IMG/VR virus record: IMGVR_UViG_3300023184_004051
Coordinates: 1 to 64,000 of that record
Origin: a virus
Reading direction: 5' to 3' (one strand)
DNA length: 64,000 nt
Shown piece by piece: positions 44,668 through 54,344 of the stretch (positions are counted from its first letter, which is position 1; each line of letters begins with the position of its first letter). Both the position numbers and the translations under genes were made by a program. Below the pieces are notes generated by a model. The model was not told the DNA's origin. It saw only the letters and a program-made list of their open reading frames with translations, and did not search any database.

Positions 44668-45675
44668 ATGCCATCACCTAACGTAAACAACGTTCACATT
44701 GACGCAATCTTGACCAACATCTCGGTTGCGTACTTGCAGAACACCAACAACTTTGTCGCTGACAAGGTTTTCCCAATCGTCCCTGTGGACAAGAAGTCAA
44801 ACATCTACTTCAAGTACACGAAGGATGACTGGTTCCGTGACGAGGCTCAGCGTCGTGCTGATGGAACTGCCTCGGCAGGTTCCGGCTACGGCTTGACCAC
44901 CGACAACTACCTTGCGGATGTCTACGCATTTCACAAGGACATCGGTGACCAGACCCGCGCCAACGCCGACAACCCTCTCAACCCGGATATGGAAGCGACG
45001 CAGTTCGTCACCCAACGCCTCCTTCTCCGTCGTGAGGTTCAGTGGGCCGCCGACTACTTCACCTCCGGTATTTGGGGAACCAACATCACGGGTGTCGCAT
45101 CATCAACCAACTCCGCACCTGCCGCAACGCAGGCTGTGAAGTGGAGCGACTACACCACGGGTGTCACCTACACCTCAAACCCAATCGTGGATGTTGAGTT
45201 GGGCAAGACCACCGTGCTTCAGAACACCGGATTTGAGCCGAACACGCTTGTTCTCTCTTACGCCGTGTTCCAAAAGTTGAAGGCTCACCCAATCCTTGTT
45301 GACCGCTACAAGTACACCCAAGCCGGTGCAATCGTGACCGAGGACTTGCTCGCTGCCCTGTTCGGCATTGACCGTGTTCTCGTCGCAAAGGCTGTTGTCA
45401 ACCCATCCAACGAAGGTCAGACCGCCGCGTCTTACAGTTTCACGGCTGGAAACAACGCCCTGCTCTGCTACGTTGCCCCGAACCCGGGTCTTATGACCCC
45501 ATCAGCCGGATACACCTTTATGTGGACTGGCGTTTCGGGTGGCCTCGGTACGACGGTTGGCGTTAGCCGCTTCCGTATGGAGGAACTGAAGGCAGACCGA
45601 GTTGAAGGTGAAATCGCCTTTGACAACAAGGTTGTCGCCGCAGACCTCGGCTACTTTTGGACTAGTATTATCTAA
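44668..45675 (+). CDS. Major capsid protein (lambda gpE-like family)
   Basis: HIDAILTNISVAY.Q..FVADKVFP.VPV, PNTLV, LKAHP, DLGYF; followed by a terminator. Confidence 0.9.
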   Translation: MPSPNVNNVHIDAILTNISVAYLQNTNNFVADKVFPIVPVDKKSNIYFKYTKDDWFRDEAQRRADGTASAGSGYGLTTDNYLADVYAFHKDIGDQTRANADNPLNPDMEATQFVTQRLLLRREVQWAADYFTSGIWGTNITGVASSTNSAPAATQAVKWSDYTTGVTYTSNPIVDVELGKTTVLQNTGFEPNTLVLSYAVFQKLKAHPILVDRYKYTQAGAIVTEDLLAALFGIDRVLVAKAVVNPSNEGQTAASYSFTAGNNALLCYVAPNPGLMTPSAGYTFMWTGVSGGLGTTVGVSRFRMEELKADRVEGEIAFDNKVVAADLGYFWTSII

Positions 45676-45694
45676 GCCAGAAGTTGCAGTCAGT

Positions 45695-45733
45695 GAAATC
45701 CCCTCGGCCTTCGGGTCGGGGGGATTTTGCTTT
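45695..45733 (+). terminator. Intrinsic terminator after the major capsid gene
   Basis: GAAATCCCCTCGGCC-TTCG-GGTCGGGGGGATTTT followed by a T-rich tail. Confidence 0.85.
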
Positions 45734-45753
45734 GTGGTGATACGATTTCCTTT

Positions 45754-46056
45754 ATGGAAAACGAACCCATTTACCGCATTATGCACCTGTGTCAGTTTGG
45801 TGGAAAGACTTATGCCGAAGGCGACACCATCCGCTTCTCCGAGATGACAAGCCACGAATACAACTGGGGCAACGCTTACGGCCACATCCAAGAGGTTGTT
45901 GCTGAACCTGAAGCCGTTGAGGAAGTTGCTGAAGTCGAGCCAGAGGCAGTTTTGGAAATCAAGTCAGTCGAGAGCGTTGAGGTTGAGAAGCCTGTCGCCG
46001 CCAAATCACCAGCCAAGAAGCCTGCGACTAAGACGGTCAAGCGAGCAACCAAGTAG
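45754..46056 (+). CDS. Small protein with acidic linker and Lys-rich tail
   Basis: TACGAT-N7-ATG start. Confidence 0.65.
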   Translation: MENEPIYRIMHLCQFGGKTYAEGDTIRFSEMTSHEYNWGNAYGHIQEVVAEPEAVEEVAEVEPEAVLEIKSVESVEVEKPVAAKSPAKKPATKTVKRATK

Positions 46057-46094
46057 GAAGTCGTATTGCGCGCATAGCGTGATACGATTTCACT

Positions 46095-46352
46095 ATGTCG
46101 CTAAAGGATGCCGAGCAACGACTAGAGCAGGTATTCACCTGCAAGTTTGTTGACTTCCACGAGGGATTAGACAAAGACGACCAAACGACTTTTGCTCGTT
46201 GGGTTGGTGAAATCAAGCCCGCAGGTTGGATTTCCCGTGTCGTGACTGCCGACGGAAAACACCTCAACGAAAAGACCCTCAAACGGCACTTAGATGGGCA
46301 ATGCAAATGCCCCGAGAACACCATCCACAAGGGGGTTTATCGTGGCGCTTGA
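46095..46352 (+). CDS. Small HTH-like protein ending HxxGxCxC
   Basis: TLKRHLDGQCKC; TACGAT-N6-ATG. Confidence 0.7.
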   Translation: MSLKDAEQRLEQVFTCKFVDFHEGLDKDDQTTFARWVGEIKPAGWISRVVTADGKHLNEKTLKRHLDGQCKCPENTIHKGVYRGA

Positions 46353-47562
46353 CGACGCAGCAAAGCCGTTCACCAAGCACAATGTTCCAAAAGGCAACGA
46401 GCCGGGTATCAAGTGGGATGGTGAAAAGGGCTTTATTGACAGTCCGGCCCTCCCCGATGAACCCGACCAAGCCTTATGGGAAACCATCATTGCCGATTGG
46501 GGACTTTCACCTGAAAAGACGGAAATCGTTGACGGGTCAGTTCACATTCGTGCGTGGGATGCCGCTATTGGCGGTGGTGAAACACAAAGGATGCGCTACT
46601 ACCGAGCGTCTATCCGCAAACGACAAGAGGATGGCTTCCTTTCTGATGAGGTGAAGCGTCTATTCGCTCACATCCAAAACCGCAAGCCAACCAAGCGTAG
46701 TGAAAACGATGTGGACTACGGCAATCAAGCCTTACTTCTTTTGGCGAGCGATTGGCAGTTGGGCAAGGGCGAAGGTGGCGGGCCGGAAGCGGCCATTGAG
46801 CGCATCTGTTCAGCACAAGACAAGTTCATCGAAAAGGTGCGGTTCCTCCGCAAGATGGGTCGTGGGCCTTCGGTGATTTATGTCGTCGGAATGGGCGACT
46901 TGGTGGAAAACTGCGACAACCACTACGCAATGCAACGCTTCACCGTTCGTTTGGACAGGCGAGAGCAAAAAGATGCAGTCATCTTTCTCCTTGACCGCCT
47001 CATTGAGTTGTTGGTGAAAAACTTTCCTGATTTGGAAATCGTGATGGCCGCAGTTCCGGGTAATCACGGCGAGAACAGGTCTAACGGCAAAGCGTTCACC
47101 TCTTGGACTGACAATGACGATTTGGATGCGGTGGCAATGACCTACCGTGCTTTCACTAAAAACCCCGAGCGATACGGCAAAGTCTCAATGCCACAGTTTG
47201 ATGGACTCATCCAAGAGGATATGACTATCACACTGAACATCTGTGGTGTAAATGTGGGTTTTGCACACGGACATCAGTTCCGCAACGGCACAAACGCCTC
47301 GGCCAAAGCGGAGGGGTGGTGGAAAGGTCAAGTAATGGGCGAGCAACCTATTGCTGCCGCCAAACTCTTGTTCGCCGGACACCTTCACCACGCAGTCGTT
47401 TCTGAAGCCACAGGTCGCACCTTTTTCCAATGCCCTGCGATGGATGGCGGTTCAGCGTGGTTCACAAGCACTTCGGGCGCATCATCGCCTGCTGGAATGT
47501 TGACCGTTGGCGTTGGAACGGGATACGAACGCAACGGTTGGGGTGATTACGAAATCCTATGA
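46342..47562 (+). CDS. Mre11/SbcD-like metallophosphoesterase
   Basis: ASDWQLGK, MGDLVE, VPGNHGE, AHGH, AGHLHH, PAMDGGS.W. Confidence 0.85.
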   Translation: MALDDAAKPFTKHNVPKGNEPGIKWDGEKGFIDSPALPDEPDQALWETIIADWGLSPEKTEIVDGSVHIRAWDAAIGGGETQRMRYYRASIRKRQEDGFLSDEVKRLFAHIQNRKPTKRSENDVDYGNQALLLLASDWQLGKGEGGGPEAAIERICSAQDKFIEKVRFLRKMGRGPSVIYVVGMGDLVENCDNHYAMQRFTVRLDRREQKDAVIFLLDRLIELLVKNFPDLEIVMAAVPGNHGENRSNGKAFTSWTDNDDLDAVAMTYRAFTKNPERYGKVSMPQFDGLIQEDMTITLNICGVNVGFAHGHQFRNGTNASAKAEGWWKGQVMGEQPIAAAKLLFAGHLHHAVVSEATGRTFFQCPAMDGGSAWFTSTSGASSPAGMLTVGVGTGYERNGWGDYEIL

Positions 47563-47933
47563 CAAACAAGTTCTACATTGCCGGCCCGATGAGGGGTCTG
47601 CCGCAAAACAACAGCGCAGCATTTGAGGAAGCCACCAAACGGCTCCGAGAGGCTGGCTACGAGGTTTTTTCACCATCTGAGGGAGATGACGCACCCGCAA
47701 CGGATGAAACCTTTACAAACGCAATGAAGGCCCTCCTGCCGGAACTACTGAAATGTGATGCGGTAGCCGTGTTGCCGGGTTGGGGTCGAAGCGAAGGTGC
47801 GAAGTTGGAAGTGTTGGTTGCAGTCAGCACCGGCAAGCCCATCTACTCCTATCATCAGCACCGCCCTCAGTATTTGGAACTGATGCCCACCGTCAAAATC
47901 ATTACCCGTGCCGAGGCATTGGCGAATGGCTAA
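47559..47933 (+). CDS. DUF4406 / nucleoside 2-deoxyribosyltransferase-like protein
   Basis: YIAGPMRG, F..A...L...G, CDAVAVLPGWGRSEGAKLE. Confidence 0.85.
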   Translation: MTNKFYIAGPMRGLPQNNSAAFEEATKRLREAGYEVFSPSEGDDAPATDETFTNAMKALLPELLKCDAVAVLPGWGRSEGAKLEVLVAVSTGKPIYSYHQHRPQYLELMPTVKIITRAEALANG

Positions 47934-48381
47934 TCACCATTGGACTGACGGAACTGACACAGGCTGGGATATTTCACCTTGGGAACTACTCCCCGGCGTT
48001 CGCACAGGCGAGGAACTGTCTCGTGGTGAAAGAGCCGCAGACATTGTTCGCAACAAGATGGGTTCGTGGGGCTTTGTTTTCACCTTCACGACCTTTATGT
48101 TCATCTGGGCAAGTGTCAATGTTGTGGTGTTCGCCAATCGGGGCTGGGACCCGTATCCGTTCATCCTGCTGAACCTGATGCTTTCGGCTCTCGCCGGACT
48201 CCAAGGGTCAATCCTTCTCATCGCAGCGAAGCGGGCTGATGCCGTTGCCGCAGAACAAGCCCTCTCGCACCTCACGATTTCCAAAGCAAGTAGCGAAATC
48301 ATCAAGGAACTGCGTAGTGAAATCCGAGCGGTCAAGACATTGGCCGAGCAAATCCAACACCACATCAAGGAGGGCAAATGA
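47926..48381 (+). CDS. DUF1003 family membrane protein
   Basis: GERAAD...MGSWGF, WDPYPFILLNLMLSALAGLQ..ILL. Confidence 0.88.
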   Translation: MANHHWTDGTDTGWDISPWELLPGVRTGEELSRGERAADIVRNKMGSWGFVFTFTTFMFIWASVNVVVFANRGWDPYPFILLNLMLSALAGLQGSILLIAAKRADAVAAEQALSHLTISKASSEIIKELRSEIRAVKTLAEQIQHHIKEGK

Positions 48382-48872
48382 GCAAGAGTTATGAGGAAAT
48401 CAACGAGTTCCTTGCCGAACAGGAACGGCTTATCACCTCAGCCAATGCCCCCAAGAACCGACTTGTCATAGATGGTCGTCGGATTGTTCGTGCGGGTTCA
48501 GGTCGTCGTGCGGTTTTCACCTTTGCCGAGTTCCCTGAAGGCGGCGACCCCCGTTTCCGTGCCGTTCTTGCTGAAATGTTGCGTATCCACATTTCCAAAT
48601 CAAGCGATTATGGGACTGGCGCTGACCTTTACGCCAACTATCGGTCTGCTGAAGCCATCGGTATTCCGGCGTGGAAGTCGTGTTTCGTTCGTGCTTTGGA
48701 AAAGGTGCAGCGTTTGACGAACGCGGCTGGTGGAAAAAAACTCAACCACGAGGGCATCTCGGACAGTTTCCTTGACCTCGCCAACCACATTGTCATCAGC
48801 AAAGTTCTGTATGACGAAACCCAAGCCAAGAGTGGCGTTTGCGGCAACACTGATTGCGACTGTTCCTGCTGA
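48378..48872 (+). CDS. DUF1599 / nucleotide-modification-associated domain (dimeric dUTPase/MazG-like)
   Basis: KSSDYG, NYR, R..EK..RL, E...DS..DLAN. Confidence 0.75.
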   Translation: MSKSYEEINEFLAEQERLITSANAPKNRLVIDGRRIVRAGSGRRAVFTFAEFPEGGDPRFRAVLAEMLRIHISKSSDYGTGADLYANYRSAEAIGIPAWKSCFVRALEKVQRLTNAAGGKKLNHEGISDSFLDLANHIVISKVLYDETQAKSGVCGNTDCDCSC

Positions 48873-48939
48873 AAAGGCAAGATTTTCCAAACCTTGTGGC
48901 AGACTAGGTGTGTCCGACCAACCCTTCTAGGAGACAAAA

Positions 48940-49614
48940 GTGGCGCAGATTTTCCCCAACGATGGCTTGAACTACCTTTTCACTCAGTTGAGTATGGGTG
49001 GAACGAACGCATCTGCCGTCAGCGCCACCTACTACGCCGGTTTGCTTTCTGGTGGAACCACTACGACTGTTCCCGCCGCTACCGCAGTTCTCGGAACGCT
49101 CGGTGGAACTTTCGTTGAAACGACTGGCTCGGGCTACGCTCGCCAAACGGTGCAGTTCAGCACCATCGCTACCTCTAACACGGCAGTTCTCTCCGGTGCG
49201 ACCATCTCCGCCGGTGGTGGAAACGGCTCTTGGGTCGTGACTGTCGCTTCTAACACTAATGTTCGTGCCGGTATGACCGCAACCCTTACGGGCGGCTCGG
49301 GAACGGAAACCAAAATCGTGACGAACACCATCGGCTCAACGCAAATCGTGTTGTCCTCGGCTATCGCTTCGGGAACGCAGACTGCGATTTCAGTAGGCGA
49401 CCTCTACGCAGGTCGTAAGGTTTATCCGGGTTCAGCAATCTCTTTTGGGCCAGCAACGGGAACTTGGACAGCCGCAACGGGATACTTCATTGCGACCACC
49501 TCAGATAACTCGGGTAAGTTGTTATATGTGAGCAACTTTGCTGATGCCACTTCGCCAACCCTCGGTGCGAACGACACTCTGACGGTCACCCCAACTATCC
49601 TGTTGAGCAACTAG
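48940..49614 (+). CDS. Virion structural protein (T/S/G-rich)
   Basis: ETTGSGYARQ...ISFGPATGTW...GKLLY...DTLTV pattern; AGGAG RBS. Confidence 0.75.
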   Translation: MAQIFPNDGLNYLFTQLSMGGTNASAVSATYYAGLLSGGTTTTVPAATAVLGTLGGTFVETTGSGYARQTVQFSTIATSNTAVLSGATISAGGGNGSWVVTVASNTNVRAGMTATLTGGSGTETKIVTNTIGSTQIVLSSAIASGTQTAISVGDLYAGRKVYPGSAISFGPATGTWTAATGYFIATTSDNSGKLLYVSNFADATSPTLGANDTLTVTPTILLSN

Positions 49615-49630
49615 TCGGGGAAGCCCGACA

Positions 49631-52600
49631 ATGGCTACCCTTGTCAGCGCCTTTGGGTCCGCTAGTAGTGCGGCACTAACGGCTAGCGCCGCTTTCACTG
49701 TCCCCTATACCAACCTTCTAAGCGTTGCCCCTGCTGCGGGTGATTATGTGTTCGTTGCCCTTTGGCTGACTCGTAATGCCGCCGCCACGCAAGCACAGTC
49801 ATCAAACGGCACTTACGCCTCGGTAGCGTGTGGCTCGGTCTACCTGACCTGTATGGAGAACACCTCGGTTCCGACCAACCTCTCGGCAACCTCAACGACG
49901 CTATTTCACCAATATGGCGTTCCGGGCAACCTTTCCGCCAATGCCGTGAACCTTGCTGTTTTTGGAGCGCCTTACACGGCAGGTATGGCACGAGGCATCA
50001 CCGTCACAGGGTTCAACGCCGGTGCTGCTACCGCAGTCCTTCTCTGCACCGCTATGGCAGTTCAGGGCATCTACACGCCCCCAACAAACCCTCGGACAAC
50101 GTGGTGTAAAACCATTGAGAACGGTGGAGTGGTTGACACGACATCGGGTTCCGGTTTGGCTTGGGCGAGCAATGGCGTGACCCCAAGTATCACCGCATTT
50201 GGAAGCACGAAGGTCAATAACAGCAACTTGACTTCCGCCATCGTTGATGATGTTGTAGCCGGTGCGGTGACGGGCATCTTGAACCTTGGCTCTGCTGGCT
50301 ACCAGACCACAGATTTTTCCACTAGGTATTCCAATCAAGAAGGTCTTTTTATTGGGAACCTAGATGTCATTGGCTTTGGCGGCAATGGTGGCTCAGCAAA
50401 CGTCATCGTCACAAACTCCAACAACCCCGTTCCGCCGGCCCTTTCAGGTGGCCCTAGCACTTGGACTGGCAAATACCTTGGGATTGGACAAGCGATATCG
50501 GGTGCGGATATTCCACAAGACACTTACATCACAGGCTTCAGTTATGACCCGAACTACTTGGGCTTTTTAGGCCCCACTTGGTTCGTCAACACCAATAATC
50601 TCGTCACCCCCTCCGGTCAGTTCTGGGCGGGTGCTGAACAGCCTGTCCTTGTCGTGATGTTCACCAACAACTCAACGACTACGGCTGCTACAACTTCGGT
50701 TGGAAACACCGGAGGAACCGTCAACAACGGTCTGACCTACCTTGACCCCCAAGGGTCAACGATGTATTTCACCTCATTTGGGTCGGCATCGGGAACTGTG
50801 GGAACGGGAACAAACACCTCGTTGCCAACTGCGGGCAGGGTGGTTGTGCCGACTTATGGTGGAAACACCACTCTTTCGTGGACTTCCAAACCGTCTAGCA
50901 CCTCCCTTGCGGGTTGCACCGCTCCATCATCACCACTTGATAAAGACCTCTATCAGTTGTGGATGGACAATGTGCAAACCGGCTCGCAGTTTTGGGACTG
51001 CACCCCCGTCGTGACGAATAGTGGAAACGCAACCTCTCCTGCTAGCGCCCCTCCGGGCATTGAGACAGTCAAGACAGTTCTTGCTACAACCACAACGGGT
51101 TTCCAAACCGGAACTTTGGTGATGGCGTATGGGGCGAACCGTTCAGGAATAAGTCCGGTATCCCTTTTCGGACACCTTCGGCACGGCTCGGTATCATCAA
51201 CCAACTTTGGATTTGGAGCGGCTTTTTCCTTCAAGCCCAACAAGTCATCCATCATTGGCACAGTGGGCGAAGTGGTGGAAACAAGAACAACTCCCGGCTC
51301 TGGCGTGTCTCGTGGGGCTATCCGCTCATCGGAAGTCATTGAGTTGGACACAGGTGAAAGTAGCGGCGCTGCTCGCACTTTGCCAAAAACCTCGGAACCA
51401 TCACTATTGGCAAAAGGTGAAATCCAAAACTCAAAACAGAGCAATGTGGCATCTCAGGTCAATGAAGTGCTTTCAGCACAAGACAAGCGTGGCACAAATA
51501 TTGGCGAGAAGGGCGCTGCAACTTATGGAACATTGTTCCAAGAAGTTGTTAGAGCCGTGTTATTCAGCAAATCTAATACGGTCACGGAACTGCTTGACAC
51601 GCAAAGCGTGAGAGCGCAAACGGCATATCGCCTGAGCGCCGTTAGTGAAATCTTGTCCTCAACCAGCCAGAAAACCCTGCTGCTCAACACCCTCACCAAA
51701 GCCGTCACATTTGCTCGCGGTGGGTATGTTCCAAAACTGAACAGCATCACCGGACTCGGCATCTTGGGTCAAGAAGCATTGGGCTATGGCAACTTCTACC
51801 CGACGAACAACTGGTACAACACCACTCTCGCCAAGAACTTCACGAAAACCTATGTCGAGGCGGGGGCGGTTTATCTGCTTTCCACTACCGAAAACACGAA
51901 GGCTACGATACGAAATGTCATATCAAGCGTTGCTGATGTTCCAACCTCAGCCAGCCAGCGAGCAGTCACAATCCCACGCTCTGCTGCGGTTGCTGAAGCG
52001 CCGACAACCACATCTCAACGGTCTACCATCCGTTCCTTTGTCGCCGCCGTTGCTGAAATCTTGTCAGGAGAGAACACACGCAGCGTCAACAAGGGCAAAG
52101 TAAGCGAGGTCAACCTCACTCCAAGTGGTGAAAACCAACGACAAGTGGCGGGCAATGTCGTCGGCTCGGTTGCTGAAGCCCCCAAGAGCGCAAACGGAAC
52201 TTCCAAAACTCTCGCTCGCATCACCACTGTTGTTGAAGCACTCAACACGGTGGCAACCAAAGTCCTCGTCATAAATCGTGCCTCTGAAGTTGCTGAAAAG
52301 CCATCAGAAAGCAATACGAAGTCATCGGCATTTACTCGGTCAAGCCAAGTCTCGGAACGACCCACAACCACATCGCAGCGTTCAGCAAGTCATTCATTTG
52401 CCACAACTGCCAACCTGTTGCTATCAGCAACCGTCACTCGTTCTGTTGGCGTGGCGAGGGCAAGTTCGGTTTACAAGGCGATTTACACCACCGCCTTTGC
52501 CATTCTCATCAAACTGACAAGCGGGTTCGTTGCGACCTTCACGGAATACCCAAAGACTGAGGGTTTCACCGAATATCCAAAGACGGAAACGATGATGGAT

Positions 52601-52684
52601 GCCACAAATGCCGTTTTCACTACCTCAAATACGGCAATCGGTTTTCAGGATGATGGGGTAGCCTCTTACACGGAAGGACAATAA
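49631..52684 (+). CDS. Large fibre-like structural protein with about 20-aa repeats
   Basis: T/S/G-rich N-terminal head and periodic C-terminal repeats (AAVAEAPTTTSQRSTIRSFV-like). Confidence 0.7.
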   Translation: MATLVSAFGSASSAALTASAAFTVPYTNLLSVAPAAGDYVFVALWLTRNAAATQAQSSNGTYASVACGSVYLTCMENTSVPTNLSATSTTLFHQYGVPGNLSANAVNLAVFGAPYTAGMARGITVTGFNAGAATAVLLCTAMAVQGIYTPPTNPRTTWCKTIENGGVVDTTSGSGLAWASNGVTPSITAFGSTKVNNSNLTSAIVDDVVAGAVTGILNLGSAGYQTTDFSTRYSNQEGLFIGNLDVIGFGGNGGSANVIVTNSNNPVPPALSGGPSTWTGKYLGIGQAISGADIPQDTYITGFSYDPNYLGFLGPTWFVNTNNLVTPSGQFWAGAEQPVLVVMFTNNSTTTAATTSVGNTGGTVNNGLTYLDPQGSTMYFTSFGSASGTVGTGTNTSLPTAGRVVVPTYGGNTTLSWTSKPSSTSLAGCTAPSSPLDKDLYQLWMDNVQTGSQFWDCTPVVTNSGNATSPASAPPGIETVKTVLATTTTGFQTGTLVMAYGANRSGISPVSLFGHLRHGSVSSTNFGFGAAFSFKPNKSSIIGTVGEVVETRTTPGSGVSRGAIRSSEVIELDTGESSGAARTLPKTSEPSLLAKGEIQNSKQSNVASQVNEVLSAQDKRGTNIGEKGAATYGTLFQEVVRAVLFSKSNTVTELLDTQSVRAQTAYRLSAVSEILSSTSQKTLLLNTLTKAVTFARGGYVPKLNSITGLGILGQEALGYGNFYPTNNWYNTTLAKNFTKTYVEAGAVYLLSTTENTKATIRNVISSVADVPTSASQRAVTIPRSAAVAEAPTTTSQRSTIRSFVAAVAEILSGENTRSVNKGKVSEVNLTPSGENQRQVAGNVVGSVAEAPKSANGTSKTLARITTVVEALNTVATKVLVINRASEVAEKPSESNTKSSAFTRSSQVSERPTTTSQRSASHSFATTANLLLSATVTRSVGVARASSVYKAIYTTAFAILIKLTSGFVATFTEYPKTEGFTEYPKTETMMDATNAVFTTSNTAIGFQDDGVASYTEGQ

Positions 52685-52685
52685 A

Positions 52686-53027
52686 ATGACCACGGTTGCC
52701 ACTTATCCAACACCAGCATCAAGCCTGCCAGACCTGACATTCGTTTGGACTGATGCAACGCAGACCCTCATCAACTTCGGAGTGGCGGGTTGGTCATACA
52801 GTATGAAAATCAGTCAACCTCCAAATGCCCCCACAATCACCAAGACGACGGGCATTTCTGGCGCTTCAACTTCACCAAACATCACGGTTCAGTGGAGCGT
52901 GAACGAACTTGCAACCCTCACACCGGGTCGTTGGTACTTCCAACTGACCGCCACTTACGGCCCTAGTGGTGGAAAACAACGCATTATGACGGGTTCTATC
53001 GTCATTGACCAAGCGATTATGGCGTAG
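52686..53027 (+). CDS. BppU-like / Ig-fold structural adaptor
   Basis: LPDLTFVWTD...ITVQW...LTPGRWYFQL pattern. Confidence 0.6.
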   Translation: MTTVATYPTPASSLPDLTFVWTDATQTLINFGVAGWSYSMKISQPPNAPTITKTTGISGASTSPNITVQWSVNELATLTPGRWYFQLTATYGPSGGKQRIMTGSIVIDQAIMA

Positions 53028-53031
53028 TGAA

Positions 53032-53526
53032 ATGAGTTGGACTTACTCTGCCGACCCAAGTTCCTCAACGAAAGATGCCGTTCGTTTTCTCATTGGTGAT
53101 ACCGATGAGACAGCCCAGCAGATGACGGATGAGGAAATCTACTTCAACCTCACCGAAGTTGGTGGTGAAATCTATCGTGCCGCTTCCAATACTTGCTACA
53201 ACCTTGCCGCCCGATACACGGGTGAAGCGCAAAGCACGAGCAAGAGCGTTGGTGGGTTGTCTCTAAGCAAGAGCCTTGGCGACAGAGCGCAACGCTATGA
53301 ACGCCTTGCCAAAGACCTGTTGATACGCTCACGCCGTATTTCACCACCCGTTCCAAATGCCGACCCAGATGCCCTCGGTGCGGAACTGTATGTGGGCAAG
53401 TTTGACCGCTACTACGCCACCCCGAACTATTGGCCGTCTAGCAGCGTGACGGGCGTTTCCACCACCTATGGCACAAACTACGAACCCGGTGAGGGAGGCG
53501 TGGCCGGAAGCGGTCAAGAGCCATAA
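53032..53526 (+). CDS. Head-tail adaptor
   Basis: MSWTYSADP...DAVRFLIGDTD...DEEI...SVGGLSLS. Confidence 0.82.
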   Translation: MSWTYSADPSSSTKDAVRFLIGDTDETAQQMTDEEIYFNLTEVGGEIYRAASNTCYNLAARYTGEAQSTSKSVGGLSLSKSLGDRAQRYERLAKDLLIRSRRISPPVPNADPDALGAELYVGKFDRYYATPNYWPSSSVTGVSTTYGTNYEPGEGGVAGSGQEP

Positions 53527-53945
53527 TGCCCATTGAGCCGGAACTCTACGAACTGTTTGGGCAGACCGTCTACTGCGAGAACCCTCTGCCTATCACCACT
53601 TACACAGCGCCCGGTGCAACCAACCCGTCGCCTGTTTTGGATGCGTATGGTCGCCACGTTCTTGCTGATGGAACAACGCCATCAACCTCAGCCGCCGCTT
53701 GGACTTCAGCAATCGCCTACAGATGCCGTTTGGAATACTCCGAGCAAGTCATCACTGATGCTGAAGGCAGAAACCGTGTGAGTAAGGGTCGTGCCTACCT
53801 GATGGGCGTTTTCCCTGAAATCACCACAGAAAGTCGGGTCACGGTTGATGAAGTCCAGCCGGCCCTGCAACATCCTGTCCTCATAAATGTCACCACTGAC
53901 AACGACCAATACGGGCCGCAAAACACGACCCTCCACTTTGAGTAG
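53526..53945 (+). CDS. Head closure / stopper protein
   Basis: DAYG...YRCR...ITDAEG..VS; gene position. Confidence 0.7.
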   Translation: MPIEPELYELFGQTVYCENPLPITTYTAPGATNPSPVLDAYGRHVLADGTTPSTSAAAWTSAIAYRCRLEYSEQVITDAEGRNRVSKGRAYLMGVFPEITTESRVTVDEVQPALQHPVLINVTTDNDQYGPQNTTLHFE

Positions 53946-53957
53946 GAGAGTAGTGAA

Positions 53958-54344
53958 ATGGATATCACGGTTCAGGTAGACACGAGCAACCTCGTGCTTC
54001 ACCAAAAGTCACAACAAATCAACGAGATGATTGCTCGCAGCGTAAGCGATGTCATCGAGAAGGTCTTTGCTGAAAGCCAAATCCTTGTTCCCGTCAACAC
54101 GGGTGCATTGAAAGCCTCCGGTCAAGTGGTGAAAGAGTCGCCTGAGGAAAATGGGGCGCTCAGTTCCTCCTACATCACTTATGGTGATGCAACCGTTGAT
54201 TACGCTGTGTCAGTTCACGAGGACTTGTCTATGCCTCACGCTGCCCCAACGCAAGCCAAGTACCTAGAAACCCCGTTAGTGAAAAATGTGCCGCTTTTGG
54301 AAAGTCTCATCCGAGCGCGGCTGAAAGTGATTTTGTATTCGTGA
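53958..54344 (+). CDS. HK97 gp10-like neck protein
   Basis: SQILVPVNTGALKASG, YAVSVHE, QAKYLETP. Confidence 0.85.
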   Translation: MDITVQVDTSNLVLHQKSQQINEMIARSVSDVIEKVFAESQILVPVNTGALKASGQVVKESPEENGALSSSYITYGDATVDYAVSVHEDLSMPHAAPTQAKYLETPLVKNVPLLESLIRARLKVILYS

